Source: a virus. From it: a DNA stretch of 10,838 nucleotides. The translations under genes were made by a program, and so were the position numbers. Positions 1 to 8,513 of the stretch are shown piece by piece. The first letter of the stretch is position 1. The number at the start of each line of letters is the position of its first letter. The notes under the pieces are model-generated. The model did not search any database. It was not told where the DNA came from and saw only the letters and a program-made list of their open reading frames with translations. The stretch lies in the UHGV virus genome UHGV-0114065, one strand, 5' to 3'.

Positions 1-1
1 T

Positions 2-607
2 AAAAGCGCAAAGTATGCCGCAGAAGCTCAGAAGTATGCCGCAGACCTGCAAAATAAGCAGTTCAACACCATCATGAACAACCTGAAGCCGTTTACTCCT
101 CTGGCTGATAAGTATCTCGGCAGCCTCGAGAACTTATCGTCTCTGGAAGGGCAAGGTCAGGCGCTTAACCAGTATTACAACTCTCAGCAGTATAAAGATC
201 TTGCTGGTCAGGCTCGCTATCAGAGTCTGGCGGCAGCGGAAGCAACAGGTGGATTGGGTTCCACCGCAACCAGTAATCAGTTAGCAACAATCGCACCAAC
301 GCTTGGTCAGCAATGGCTATCTGGACAAATGAACAATTACAACAACCTGGCAAATATCGGTCTTGGCGCTCTTCAGGGACAGGCAAACGCCGGGCAAACA
401 TATGCCAACAACATGAGTCAGATTTCACAGCAAAGCGCGGCGCTGGCGGCGGCAAACGCCAACCGACCGTCAGCATTGCAGCAGGGTGTTAGTGGTGCTG
501 CATCCGGTGCGCTTTTGGGTGGTGGCATAGCCAGTGCTCTCGAGCTATCAACTCCGTGGGGTGCTGGTATCGGTGCTGGTCTTGGTCTGCTTGGTTCACT
601 GTTTTAA
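2..607 (+). CDS. DNA-ejection (E) protein, P22 gp7-like; 5' end lies upstream of the window (frame open from nt 2, first in-window ATG at 74)
   Basis: Frame 2 has no stop from nt 2 to TAA at 605-607. Low-complexity Q/A/G/N-rich sequence typical of podovirus ejection proteins. Sits directly upstream of gp20/gp16-like genes in P22 gene order. An AAGGGG RBS for the next gene follows its stop. Confidence 0.75.
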   Translation, partial: KSAKYAAEAQKYAADLQNKQFNTIMNNLKPFTPLADKYLGSLENLSSLEGQGQALNQYYNSQQYKDLAGQARYQSLAAAEATGGLGSTATSNQLATIAPTLGQQWLSGQMNNYNNLANIGLGALQGQANAGQTYANNMSQISQQSAALAAANANRPSALQQGVSGAASGALLGGGIASALELSTPWGAGIGAGLGLLGSLF

Positions 608-617
608 GGGGTAATCA

Positions 618-1997
618 ATGGCTACGTGGCAACAGGGTATTAATTCTGGTGGGTTTCTTGCTGGCATCGGTGCGCAAAATGAGAATGCGCCAAAGGCAAG
701 CGACATTAATGCAACGCTTGGTCTGATCCGCGAAAACAATGAACTGGCTCGCTCAGGTGCAAATAACGTTGGCCTGACCGCGTTACGTGGTCTGGCTGGA
801 GTTGCTGATATTTACAATCAGGAACAGCAACAGAAAGCTATTAGTGCGTTCAATAAGGTTCACGCTGATGCATGGGCTTCTGGTGATCCATCTGGACTAT
901 TTAAGTTTGCCCAGGAAAATCCAGCGTTTGTTGCACAGGCACAACAGGCGTTTTCCGGTCTTAATGAGCAGCAACGCAACGATATGGGCGATTTAGCCAT
1001 GAGGGCTAACGTCGCTCTTTCCCAGGGACCGGAAGCCTACAGTAAATTCATTACTGACAACAAGGACAGGTTAAATCGCGTTGGTGCTAATGCTGACTGG
1101 ATGATTCAGACAGGTATCCAGAATCCAGAGCAGCTATCACACATGCTGACTACTATGTCTCTCGGTGCGCTTGGACCAGAAAAGGCGTTTGCTGTTCAGG
1201 ACAAGATGGCTGGTCGTGAAATTGACAGAGGCAGGCTGGCAGAGACAATCCGCAGCAATCAGGCTGGCGAGGCGCTAACAGCACGTGGTCAGAATATCAC
1301 GATGCGCGGTCAGGATTTATCGATGCAGAGAGCATCAATGAAAGGATCGGTTGGGAATAATGAGCGTACAGTTCAGTTAGCAGATGGCAGAACTGTAACG
1401 GTAGGCGGGAAGCTTCACGGCGCTGGGGCTAATGCGTTCTACGAAGGTATCGACAACGAGGGGAATATGGTTCGCGTCCCTGCTGGCTCTATTGCCGCTC
1501 CGGCTACATCGGCAGCAAGCGCGCAGAATTACGCAATGAAGAAAGATCTTGATGCAATTTCTGGTGCATCAATTGACGATCTTGGCTTCATGACTGGCAT
1601 TACAGGCTCTTCAGGTTCTCCTGCTCTTGGTGCAGATATTCGTAGCCGTGCATCTGGTGGTGATCAGAGGAAACTATACAACGCTGCACAGCGAATCCAA
1701 GGAAAGATGCAGAATCAGGGCATTGCAGCAGCCAGAGACATGGGGGCATCCGGTATCAACACCGTTGCAGAAGCAAAGATGTATTTTCAAGGTATGCCAC
1801 AGGTTGATTTCTCAAGCCCTGAAGCACTGCAACAATCAATGCGCGACATTCAGCAATATACCGACAATTACAACCAGCAATATAACGTTAATGTCGGTAA
1901 TGGAGGGAAGAAATCATCAATGCAACAGCCGCCTACTCAGCAATCAGCAGGAGGTAGCTACACGTCAAAATCAGGCATTCAATTTACGGTGGAATGA
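618..1997 (+). CDS. DNA-ejection (E) protein, P22 gp20-like
   Basis: 459-aa ORF with ATG at 618 preceded by AAGGGG RBS. Size and position between the gp7-like and gp16-like genes match the P22 7-20-16 block (from memory). Its stop overlaps the next start (ATGATGA at 1994-1999). Confidence 0.8.
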   Translation: MATWQQGINSGGFLAGIGAQNENAPKASDINATLGLIRENNELARSGANNVGLTALRGLAGVADIYNQEQQQKAISAFNKVHADAWASGDPSGLFKFAQENPAFVAQAQQAFSGLNEQQRNDMGDLAMRANVALSQGPEAYSKFITDNKDRLNRVGANADWMIQTGIQNPEQLSHMLTTMSLGALGPEKAFAVQDKMAGREIDRGRLAETIRSNQAGEALTARGQNITMRGQDLSMQRASMKGSVGNNERTVQLADGRTVTVGGKLHGAGANAFYEGIDNEGNMVRVPAGSIAAPATSAASAQNYAMKKDLDAISGASIDDLGFMTGITGSSGSPALGADIRSRASGGDQRKLYNAAQRIQGKMQNQGIAAARDMGASGINTVAEAKMYFQGMPQVDFSSPEALQQSMRDIQQYTDNYNQQYNVNVGNGGKKSSMQQPPTQQSAGGSYTSKSGIQFTVE

Positions 1998-3835
1998 TGA
2001 AAGTAACTGCAAACGGTAAGACATTTACCTTCCCTGATGGTACGAGCACGGAAGATATTGGCACCGCCATTGATGAGTATTTTGCTGGTCAGGCTGTTCA
2101 GCAACAAACAGTTAATCAGGCCAATAATGAACCAGCACGTGAAGAACCATCATTGATGCAACAAGCTGGCGATTGGATCACTGGTGGTCAAAGTGCAGGG
2201 CAAATTGCAGAGCAGGCTGGTCGTGGTCTGGTAAACATACCATTTGACGTATTGCAGGGTGGCGCAAGTCTGATTAATGCAATCAGTCAGGGGCTTGGTG
2301 GGCCAAAAGTATTGGATGATGTTTATCGTCCAGTAGACAGACCGACAGACCCCTACGCACAAGCAGGTGAAACAATTGGTGGGTATTTAGTTCCAGGAGT
2401 TGGAACGGCAGGAAGCATGGCTATTGGATCACTGGCAGAGGCCGCAAATCAGAAAGGCGATTTCGCACAAAATGCAGCTAAAAATGCCGGAGTTAACCTT
2501 GCCGCTCAGGGTGTTCTTTCCGCAGCAGCAAAGGGAATAGGGCGTGGAATAACGGCTATAAAAGGTGATATTGCGCCAGAAGTGGCGAAGAAAATTGCCA
2601 CATCAGAATCGATGGGCGTGACACCAATGACATCTGATGTTATCCCGCCGAAAAATGCTTTCACTCGCGGCCTTACTCAGGATGCCGAGGGGGCTTTGCT
2701 CGGGACAGGCTCAAAGAGAGCGGAGCAATATGCAACGCGTAGTAAGCTGGTAAGCAATTATTTTGACCGTTTTGGTGAGTACAACCCTGATGATGTGGTG
2801 AAATCTCTGACCACCACGTTAAGGGGGCGGAAGGATGCCGCTGGCGCTGTTATCAATGACATCACCAATAAAATGGGTAATGCCGCAGTTGATACCACAA
2901 ATACCATGAATGCTCTGAATACAGCGATCGCAAGACAGGAACGACTTGGGACGTCTGCCAATCAAAGCCTGCTTACATCCTTGCGTAACCTACGTGAAGA
3001 ATTAGCAAACCCTGCAACTGATTTGGATGTTACGTTTGATCTCTTGCGTCAGCACAGAACGGCATTTAGATCTAATGTTCAGGGAGATGCTATGGTCTTC
3101 CCCAACCAGGCAAAAGCAGCTACCAATATGGTAGAGAATGCAATGTCAAAAGACCTTCGTAACGCAGTTGCAAAAAACCTCGGTGCATCAGACGCAGCAA
3201 AATACCTTAAAGCAAATTCTGATTATGCAAACGTTTATAATAAGGTGCTTAATAAAAACATTGCTAACAAACTCAACAAGGCAAGCAGTGAAGCCAGCCC
3301 TGAACTTATAAATACCGTTGTATTAAGCAGAAAACCATCTGACGTGAAACGAATATGGAGCGCACTGGATGATAAAGGGAAAGATGCTATGCGTGCAGCT
3401 TACGTCAGCAAAATAGCGGAAAAGGTCGGTGTCTCTCCAGCCAAGTTCATCACTGAAGTTAATAAGCTGAAATCTCAGTCAGGCGGTGAAATTTACAACA
3501 CTATTTTTTCTGGAAAGCACATGAAAGAGCTTGATGCTCTTCATGAAGTTCTACAGCAAACAGCAAGGTCAGACACCGCAAATGTAGTAACTCAGACGGG
3601 GCAATCACAAGCCAACAGGATAAGGACGATTGGCGCAACTGCGACTCTTGGCGTATCAATGGGGATTGAGGCTGGTTTTGGTGCAATGATGCGTTTGTAT
3701 GAGTCCAAAGCAGCAAGGAATGCGCTCTTACGTCTGGCAAACACTAAAGCTGGAACGCCAGCTTATGAAAGAGCGCTAAATCAGGCTGCTACTGCCGTGC
3801 GCCCGCTCTTAGCTAACGAAGCGACCCGGCAGTAG
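1994..3835 (+). CDS. DNA-ejection (E) protein, P22 gp16-like
   Basis: 613-aa ORF, translationally coupled to the upstream gene. Length is close to P22 gp16 (about 609 aa, from memory). It is the last gene of the late structural operon before the immI region. Confidence 0.8.
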   Translation: MMKVTANGKTFTFPDGTSTEDIGTAIDEYFAGQAVQQQTVNQANNEPAREEPSLMQQAGDWITGGQSAGQIAEQAGRGLVNIPFDVLQGGASLINAISQGLGGPKVLDDVYRPVDRPTDPYAQAGETIGGYLVPGVGTAGSMAIGSLAEAANQKGDFAQNAAKNAGVNLAAQGVLSAAAKGIGRGITAIKGDIAPEVAKKIATSESMGVTPMTSDVIPPKNAFTRGLTQDAEGALLGTGSKRAEQYATRSKLVSNYFDRFGEYNPDDVVKSLTTTLRGRKDAAGAVINDITNKMGNAAVDTTNTMNALNTAIARQERLGTSANQSLLTSLRNLREELANPATDLDVTFDLLRQHRTAFRSNVQGDAMVFPNQAKAATNMVENAMSKDLRNAVAKNLGASDAAKYLKANSDYANVYNKVLNKNIANKLNKASSEASPELINTVVLSRKPSDVKRIWSALDDKGKDAMRAAYVSKIAEKVGVSPAKFITEVNKLKSQSGGEIYNTIFSGKHMKELDALHEVLQQTARSDTANVVTQTGQSQANRIRTIGATATLGVSMGIEAGFGAMMRLYESKAARNALLRLANTKAGTPAYERALNQAATAVRPLLANEATRQ

Positions 3836-3857
3836 CACTGTAAGCCAAGGACGGCAT

Positions 3858-4340
3858 TTATTTTATAGTTTTTATGAATTCTTTATTAAATCCCTTAGCT
3901 TCTCCGGGGTATCTTCCAAAGACAATTTTTATAAAAACAGAAAAAATAAAGATAGCAACGCTTAACAACAGTTGCAGTATCATTGGAACCCAAAGAACTA
4001 CAGGCTCTATATTCATGAAACCAAATATTCTTCCGGCGATCATGGCGAAGTACCACACTGTTATCAGCAAACTTAGTGGCATATGAATTACTGATATTAC
4101 CAATCCAAGAGCATCAGTAATTCTATTTTCAAATTTTTCAGGGGAAAACTTTTCTTTAAGGTAATTCAGTGCGCAGGTCTCATTCTCTGGATTTTCAGCA
4201 TTTTTCCCTATAGCAATAGAAATCTCAGATATCCTTGATTCAATTCTTTTGCGTTTAATAAAACTAGAAAAAAAGAACCACGCAATCTGCAACCCTATCC
4301 CCATAAATAGAGTTGCGGCAACTAGCACAGCGTAACTCAT
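3858..4340 (-). CDS. Small inner-membrane protein (about 160 aa, three predicted TM helices) at the position of P22 sieA; candidate superinfection-exclusion protein
   Basis: Minus-strand ORF. Start placed at the first ATG (complement of 4338-4340, [24 protein letters not shown]...) rather than the GTG at 4424 given by the ORF track. Three long hydrophobic stretches are visible by eye. The DNA is AT-rich. Gene order 16 > / < membrane gene / < unknown / < mnt mirrors P22 16-sieA-hkcC-mnt as recalled. Homology to SieA itself was not verified. Confidence 0.55.
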   Translation of the reverse strand: MSYAVLVAATLFMGIGLQIAWFFFSSFIKRKRIESRISEISIAIGKNAENPENETCALNYLKEKFSPEKFENRITDALGLVISVIHMPLSLLITVWYFAMIAGRIFGFMNIEPVVLWVPMILQLLLSVAIFIFSVFIKIVFGRYPGEAKGFNKEFIKTIK

Positions 4341-4569
4341 AGAATCAGACACACCAACCTCTTTAGTTTTTCTAGTTACTTTGTCACGATAGGATATGCG
4401 AATTGATAAAACTAAATTGCGCACATGATAACTCAGTAATAATTGTTAATGAAAACATGATCACCTATATTGCACAAGGCGAAACAGGAAGCATAATCTG
4501 GTTTCATGAGTGTGATCACGTTTGGGTAAATCAAAGTCAAGAGGAAATACTTGAAATTATCAAAAATAA

Positions 4570-5151
4570 CTATCTAAACGTTGCACACGACTCATCTATC
4601 CATTTTTCATAAAATTGTATACCGAGATAGGCAAGAACAGATGGATGTATATCAACAAGCTTTTCGCCAAGATGTTCTGTTGGAGGTGGATAATCTTTGC
4701 CTTGGTTTCTTACGGTTATAGGCATAGTTGTTGCTGGATGAAACTCAACTATCATAGGGTCGCCTTCGTATTTTGCTATTTTCCCTGTTGAATCAATGAT
4801 TAACTCTTTAATATAATGGCTTCTTGCTCCCGGAAATGCCCCAAGAGTAGTATAAGGAGGTTCAAGTTTTGAGATTTCCATAGTGGAATGATGATCAGCA
4901 TTTCTTGCTTGGTGAAGGTAAGCAAGTGTTTTGTCTGTTTTTCTAAGCATGAACTTTTGGTTGAAGTGGCTGCTAAATTTTCCACTAACCGGCTTTGTTG
5001 CACAGAGCAACTTACTGAAAGACTTTTCTATATGCCCAAGACATTCTCGCCAGTGCATTTCAAAATCATCATGGTTTGTAGATGATTTCATCTGCTCTAG
5101 GCACTTTTTAGCTGCGATGATTTCTTTTTTTGCTGGGTTGTAATCGATCAT
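4570..5151 (-). CDS. Hypothetical protein (193 aa), translationally coupled downstream of mnt; function unknown
   Basis: Minus-strand ORF whose ATG (complement of 5149-5151) overlaps the mnt stop codon (ATGA overlap at 5148-5151). No TM segments and no motif I can assign. AT-rich. Confidence 0.7.
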   Translation of the reverse strand: MIDYNPAKKEIIAAKKCLEQMKSSTNHDDFEMHWRECLGHIEKSFSKLLCATKPVSGKFSSHFNQKFMLRKTDKTLAYLHQARNADHHSTMEISKLEPPYTTLGAFPGARSHYIKELIIDSTGKIAKYEGDPMIVEFHPATTMPITVRNQGKDYPPPTEHLGEKLVDIHPSVLAYLGIQFYEKWIDESCATFR

Positions 5152-5402
5152 TTTGCATCCTTGCCATACATGTTTTTAAGTGTCTCAAATACCACAGACT
5201 TGAACTGTTCAGCCTGCATCTCGGCTAATCGTTCAGCTTCATTGCGATAACCTTTTACAGGAGATGGTCTCGATAGAGCATCTTGGACGATTTGCAACAA
5301 TTCTGAGTTCATTGATCTACCATTTGACTCTGCTCTGTATTTTAATTTTTCTCTTACTTCCAAAGGCATGCGGAAGTTAAAGTGCGGATCATCTCTAGCC
5401 AT
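5148..5402 (-). CDS. mnt: Mnt repressor (ribbon-helix-helix; maintenance of Pant repression in lysogens)
   Basis: 84-aa product MARDDPHFNFRMPLEVREKLKYRAESNGRSMNSELLQIVQDAL... closely matches the P22 Mnt N-terminal RHH domain as I recall it. It is divergent from arc across the operator region. GGAG lies 9 nt upstream of the ATG on the minus strand. Confidence 0.9.
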   Translation of the reverse strand: MARDDPHFNFRMPLEVREKLKYRAESNGRSMNSELLQIVQDALSRPSPVKGYRNEAERLAEMQAEQFKSVVFETLKNMYGKDAK

Positions 5403-5424
5403 GCCATCACTCCAAGTTAGTGTA

Positions 5425-5453
5425 TTGACATGATAGAAGCACTCTACTATATT
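5425..5453 (+). promoter_or_regulatory. Pant promoter (-35 TTGACA 5425-5430, 17-bp spacer, -10 TATATT 5448-5453)
   Basis: Consensus -35 and near-consensus -10 with the arc operator in the spacer, as in the P22 immI region. It drives arc-ant. Confidence 0.8.
5430..5450. promoter_or_regulatory. Arc operator (21 bp, ATGATAGAAGCACTCTACTAT)
   Basis: Exact match to the P22 Oarc sequence as recalled, with TAGA/TCTA half-sites. It lies between the -35 and -10 of both Pant and Pmnt. Confidence 0.8.
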
Positions 5454-5458
5454 CTCAA
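5430..5458 (-). promoter_or_regulatory. Pmnt promoter (minus strand: -35 TTGAGA at 5453-5458, 17-bp spacer, -10 TATCAT at 5430-5435)
   Basis: Divergent promoter overlapping Pant. The hexamers were read from the reverse complement. Arrangement is consistent with the known P22 Pant/Pmnt overlap. Confidence 0.6.
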
Positions 5459-5477
5459 TAGGTCCACCGTGGACCTA
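5459..5477. promoter_or_regulatory. Mnt operator (palindrome TAGGTCCACCGTGGACCTA)
   Basis: 19-bp near-perfect palindrome centred on one base, matching the P22 Omnt as recalled. It overlaps the predicted Pant transcription start. Confidence 0.8.
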
Positions 5478-5492
5478 TATTGTGAGGTGAAC

Positions 5493-5654
5493 ATGAAAGG
5501 AATGAGCAAAATGCCGCAGTTCAATTTGCGGTGGCCTAAAGAAGTATTGGATTTGGTACGCAAGGTGGCGGAAGAGAATGGTCGGTCTGTTAACTCTGAG
5601 ATTTATCAGAGAGTAATGGACAGCTTTAAGAAGGAAGGGCGTATTGGCGCGTAA
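5493..5654 (+). CDS. arc: Arc repressor (53 aa, ribbon-helix-helix)
   Basis: [53 protein letters not shown] differs from recalled P22 Arc at only two positions (R16K, E43D). GAGGTG RBS precedes the ATG at 5493. The longer ORF from 5430 in the track runs through the operators and is not the real start. Confidence 0.93.
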   Translation: MKGMSKMPQFNLRWPKEVLDLVRKVAEENGRSVNSEIYQRVMDSFKKEGRIGA

Positions 5655-5722
5655 AGTTGAAGCCCCAACTGCGGGAACAGTCAGGGCTTCTGTTGTCAGT
5701 AAATTCGTGGAGAAAAACCAAC
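5654..5722 (-). ncRNA. sar: sar antisense RNA (about 69 nt) complementary to the arc-ant intercistronic region and ant RBS
   Basis: Extended -10 promoter on the minus strand (TGCTATACT, complement of 5729-5737) places a start near 5722, the complement of the ant ATG. The transcript would cover the ant RBS (5709-5717) and a 7-bp inverted repeat (5659-5665 / 5684-5690), ending near the arc stop. This matches the published P22 sar arrangement; the ends are inferred, not measured. Confidence 0.45.
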
Positions 5723-6625
5723 ATGAATAGTATAGCAATTTTAGAAGCAGTGAACACCTCTTACGTACCTTTCAATGGTCAGCAGATTATCACCGCCATG
5801 ACTGCCGGAGTTGCATATGTTGCGATGAAGCCAATCGTTGAAAACCTTGGAATGAGCTGGTCAACGCAGCAAACAAAACTCATGAAGCAGATTAGCAAAT
5901 TCAACTGTGTTCATATGAACATGGTTGCCGCTGATGGTAAGCTTCGTAAGCTACTCTGCCTTCCTTTGAAGAAGTTAAATGGATGGCTGTTCAGCATCAA
6001 CCCTGAGAAAGTTCGTGCTGACATCCGCGATAAACTGATTCAGTACCAGGAAGAATGCTTTACTGTGCTGCATGACTACTGGACGAAGGGAAAGGCAGAA
6101 AATGCACGTAAGAAAACATCTGTTGATGACAGGACTCCGCTTCGTGATGCTGTAAATATGCTAGTCAGCAAAAAGCATCTAATGTACCCAGAAGCTTATG
6201 CAATGATTCATCAGCGTTTCAACGTGGAAAGTATTGAAGAGCTTGATTCATCTCAGATACCGCAAGCAGTAGAGTACATCCACAGGGTAGTGCTTGAAGG
6301 CGAGTTCATCGGCAAACAAGAGAAGAAAACCAACGAGCTTTCTGCAAAAGAAGCAAACAGCCTTGTATGGCTATGGGATTATGCCAACCGCTCACAGGCA
6401 TTATTCCGCGAACTGTATCCGGCGCTGAAACAAATTCAATCGAACTATTCCGGCAGATGTCATGACTGCGGTTATGAGTTCTCCCGTATTATCGATATAG
6501 CGAGAGACGTTTTAATCAATCACACACGAGATGTTGATATTAATGAGCCAGACGGACCAACGAATCTTTCCGCATGGATGAGACTTAAGAATAAAGAATT
6601 ACCTCCTTCAGTACATAACTACTGA
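5723..6625 (+). CDS. ant: Antirepressor Ant (300 aa)
   Basis: Start placed at ATG 5723 ([21 protein letters not shown]...) with GGAGAAAAA RBS; the track ORF from 5657 is an upstream in-frame extension. Position after arc and length of 300 aa match P22 Ant. Confidence 0.88.
   Translation: MNSIAILEAVNTSYVPFNGQQIITAMTAGVAYVAMKPIVENLGMSWSTQQTKLMKQISKFNCVHMNMVAADGKLRKLLCLPLKKLNGWLFSINPEKVRADIRDKLIQYQEECFTVLHDYWTKGKAENARKKTSVDDRTPLRDAVNMLVSKKHLMYPEAYAMIHQRFNVESIEELDSSQIPQAVEYIHRVVLEGEFIGKQEKKTNELSAKEANSLVWLWDYANRSQALFRELYPALKQIQSNYSGRCHDCGYEFSRIIDIARDVLINHTRDVDINEPDGPTNLSAWMRLKNKELPPSVHNY
5729..5737 (-). promoter_or_regulatory. Psar extended -10 element (TGnTATACT on minus strand)
   Basis: Read from the reverse complement of 5729-5737, inside the first codons of ant. 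No good -35 is present, consistent with an extended -10 promoter. Confidence 0.45.
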
Positions 6626-6643
6626 CAGATAACCAACACGACA

Positions 6644-6667
6644 ACCCAGCTTCGGCTGGGTTTTTTT
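6644..6667 (+). terminator. Rho-independent terminator after ant (stem ACCCAGC / GCTGGGT, loop TTCG, then T7)
   Basis: Perfect 7-bp GC-rich stem with a TTCG tetraloop, immediately followed by TTTTTTT. Located 19 bp after the ant stop. Confidence 0.85.
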
Positions 6668-6725
6668 ATGCCCAAAATTCACCGTAGCCACGCTGCGGCG
6701 ATTCCTTGCATCTGGAGCAAATTAA

Positions 6726-8495
6726 ATGACAGACATTACAGCCAATGTGATCGTATCGATGCCTTCGCAACTCTTCACTATGGCGCGTTCTTTTAAAGCT
6801 GTTGCCAATGGCAAAATTTATATCGGAAAAATTGACACTGACCCGGTAAATCCTGAAAACCAGATTCAGGTTTATGTAGAGAACGAAGACGGCTCTCACG
6901 TTCCTGTTTCGCAACCAATCATCATTAACGCTGCTGGTTACCCGGTATATAACGGACAGATTGCCAAGTTCGTAACTGTGCAAGGCCATTCTATGGCTGT
7001 TTATGATGCGTACGGTGCGCAGCAGTTTTATTATCCGAACGTACTAAAATACGACCCGGATCAGTACAGTAAAATGGTCGGAGGCCTTACAACACCAGTA
7101 ACATGGCCTGGGTTTGCCGGAGGAGCAGATCCGACCGGAGTTAATTCATCTACAGCGGCTTTTCAAGCGTCATTGGATCAGATCGGCTACATTAACATGC
7201 CGCCAGGGGAGTACTTAATTGATGAAAGCTTAAACCTTGCAAAATCAGCTGTAATCTTTGGTGCTGGGAGATCGCTATCGAAGTTAAAATTCTCCGGGAA
7301 TTCTGCAACGCCTTTCGTTAAGGCTGCATTAGGGTACGCATCAACCGATTTAGTATATTTGCGTGATTTCACAGCCATTGCCACAGTTCCAAACTGCGGC
7401 CCTCTGGTTTCAATAAAAACAGATGCCGCCGCGCAATCTGCATCTCAGGTCGTTGTTGGTGATTTAGACAAACTAGTCATTAACAATGTTGATGCTTATG
7501 GTGATTCAAGCGGGAACTACTGGAATTGTGGCTTTGAAGCCATCGACTGCGGTGGTGTCCATATTCATAATTTCACAGTTAATAACAGGACTGTTTCGGC
7601 GCAAACTGACACATCGACATCTGGATTCAGGTTCAGAACTACGGCGCAAAAAGTAAGTGTAATACGCGCCCTGACAGCACAGGATTTCTACCTACTGAGA
7701 ATGTATTACGGCATCGACACGAAGCCGTTTAATAATCTCGGGGGCGGGATTACCAGTTATTATCTTTCCGACTTCGAAATCGTTGGCGTCAGGAATGGAA
7801 TAAGGGCTCAGAACTGGTGTGCGGCATGGCGAGTTACTGGGCATATCGATTCTACTGAGCAATGCCTAAACTTCCAGGGGGCGGGATTAACAAACGCACG
7901 GTTCACTGGCTGCGATTTCAGAAAAGGGAATAACGGCGGGCTAGGTTATGTTGCAGGACCAATGGTTACCCTGGACTACGGTGAGCAAATAACTTTCACG
8001 GGCGCGACGTTCTCCGGAATAAACCTCAATCTTGCTGACCCAAGCAATACTGCTTTTAGTTTTACCAATGCTTACAACGGCAACTGGGCATTTCTGATCA
8101 GTATTGACGGAAATACTTTTACTAAGTTTCACAACGTCATTGGGCAGACTAATAGCACCAATATTATTAGTATCGGCATTAATTCTTACAACCAGATTGC
8201 CGATGCAATAACCTTCGATTCAAATCTTGATCCAAGCTTTAGGCTTCAGACACCAATTCCAAGCATCAGCAAAGTTGTTGCCTTGCCAGTGGGAGATAGT
8301 ACATTTACCGTAAATGTTACCGCTAACCGTTTCAAAAATGCGCCTAACTATGCTGATGCTCGCCCGGTGAATAACCCAACTCAGAATGTCAGGGTTGTTT
8401 ATGATTATGCCGGATCTACAGCGAGCGCACTGCTTTTTAGGGTTTATGGAGTGGTGACCGCTGGGAACTTCCGATTTGGCATAATTACGGCATAA
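6726..8495 (+). CDS. Tailspike protein: P22 gp9-type N-terminal head-binding domain (about aa 1-115) fused to a divergent receptor-binding/enzymatic domain
   Basis: N-terminus [34 protein letters not shown]...VTVQGHSM...[11 protein letters not shown] matches the P22 tailspike head-binding domain from memory. Downstream of about nt 7070 the sequence is unrelated to the P22 endorhamnosidase domain. GGAG RBS at 6713-6716. Confidence 0.85.
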   Translation: MTDITANVIVSMPSQLFTMARSFKAVANGKIYIGKIDTDPVNPENQIQVYVENEDGSHVPVSQPIIINAAGYPVYNGQIAKFVTVQGHSMAVYDAYGAQQFYYPNVLKYDPDQYSKMVGGLTTPVTWPGFAGGADPTGVNSSTAAFQASLDQIGYINMPPGEYLIDESLNLAKSAVIFGAGRSLSKLKFSGNSATPFVKAALGYASTDLVYLRDFTAIATVPNCGPLVSIKTDAAAQSASQVVVGDLDKLVINNVDAYGDSSGNYWNCGFEAIDCGGVHIHNFTVNNRTVSAQTDTSTSGFRFRTTAQKVSVIRALTAQDFYLLRMYYGIDTKPFNNLGGGITSYYLSDFEIVGVRNGIRAQNWCAAWRVTGHIDSTEQCLNFQGAGLTNARFTGCDFRKGNNGGLGYVAGPMVTLDYGEQITFTGATFSGINLNLADPSNTAFSFTNAYNGNWAFLISIDGNTFTKFHNVIGQTNSTNIISIGINSYNQIADAITFDSNLDPSFRLQTPIPSISKVVALPVGDSTFTVNVTANRFKNAPNYADARPVNNPTQNVRVVYDYAGSTASALLFRVYGVVTAGNFRFGIITA

Positions 8496-8513
8496 GCAAT
8501 ACAGGAGAAATAA

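Noticed and set aside
10-44. Short tandem-like repeat AAGTATGCCGCAGA at the window start
   Set aside because: Lies inside the gp7-like coding frame and simply encodes a repeated KYAAE/KYAAD peptide; not a regulatory repeat.
165-476. 103-aa minus-strand ORF inside the gp7-like gene
   Set aside because: Entirely antisense to a well-supported structural gene, with no RBS and Pro/Arg-rich low-complexity translation typical of a spurious antisense frame.
787-2019. Plus-strand alternative-frame ORFs (787-996, 1627-2019) inside the gp20-like gene
   Set aside because: Embedded in a different frame of a strongly supported gene; no independent start signals.
2150-3740. Minus-strand ORFs (2150-2362, 2758-2961, 3501-3740) inside the gp16-like gene
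   Set aside because: Antisense to the ejection-protein gene; short and without RBS.
3874-4086. 70-aa plus-strand ORF antisense to the membrane protein gene
   Set aside because: Overlaps the better-supported minus-strand membrane protein; no RBS.
4341-4424. N-terminal extension of the membrane protein to the GTG at 4424
   Set aside because: The added 28 residues are basic and non-hydrophobic and begin with GTG. The ATG at 4340 starts directly at the first TM helix. This remains uncertain without experimental mapping.
4403-4612. 69-aa plus-strand ORF in the spacer between the two minus-strand genes
   Set aside because: Begins with TTG, and the internal ATG at 4457 lacks a Shine-Dalgarno sequence. 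It overlaps the 3' end of the 193-aa gene. A small protein cannot be ruled out.
4800-5143. Three short ORFs (4800-5003 minus, 4888-5085 plus, 4931-5143 plus) within the 193-aa gene
   Set aside because: Alternative-frame or antisense ORFs in AT-rich DNA, inside a gene that is translationally coupled to mnt.
5430-5492. Upstream extension of arc (ORF track start at 5430)
   Set aside because: The extension runs through the Arc/Mnt operators and the Pant -10. The real Arc begins at [10 protein letters not shown] (ATG 5493) with its own RBS.
5657-5722. Upstream extension of ant (ORF track start at 5657)
   Set aside because: An in-frame ATG in the intergenic region lacking an RBS. The start at 5723 has a GGAG-type RBS and gives the expected 300-aa Ant.
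5475-5738. 87-aa minus-strand ORF antisense to arc
   Set aside because: Antisense to arc. The only known minus-strand product in this region is the non-coding sar RNA, which covers just the arc-ant spacer.
7740-7889. Exact 13-bp direct repeat GGGGGCGGGATTA (7740-7752 and 7877-7889) inside the tailspike gene
   Set aside because: The two copies are read in different codon frames. One exact 13-mer repeat in about 11 kb is roughly what chance predicts.
6666-8132. Minus-strand ORFs (6666-6989, 7187-7384, 7941-8132) overlapping the tailspike gene
   Set aside because: Antisense to a strongly supported structural gene; no start signals.
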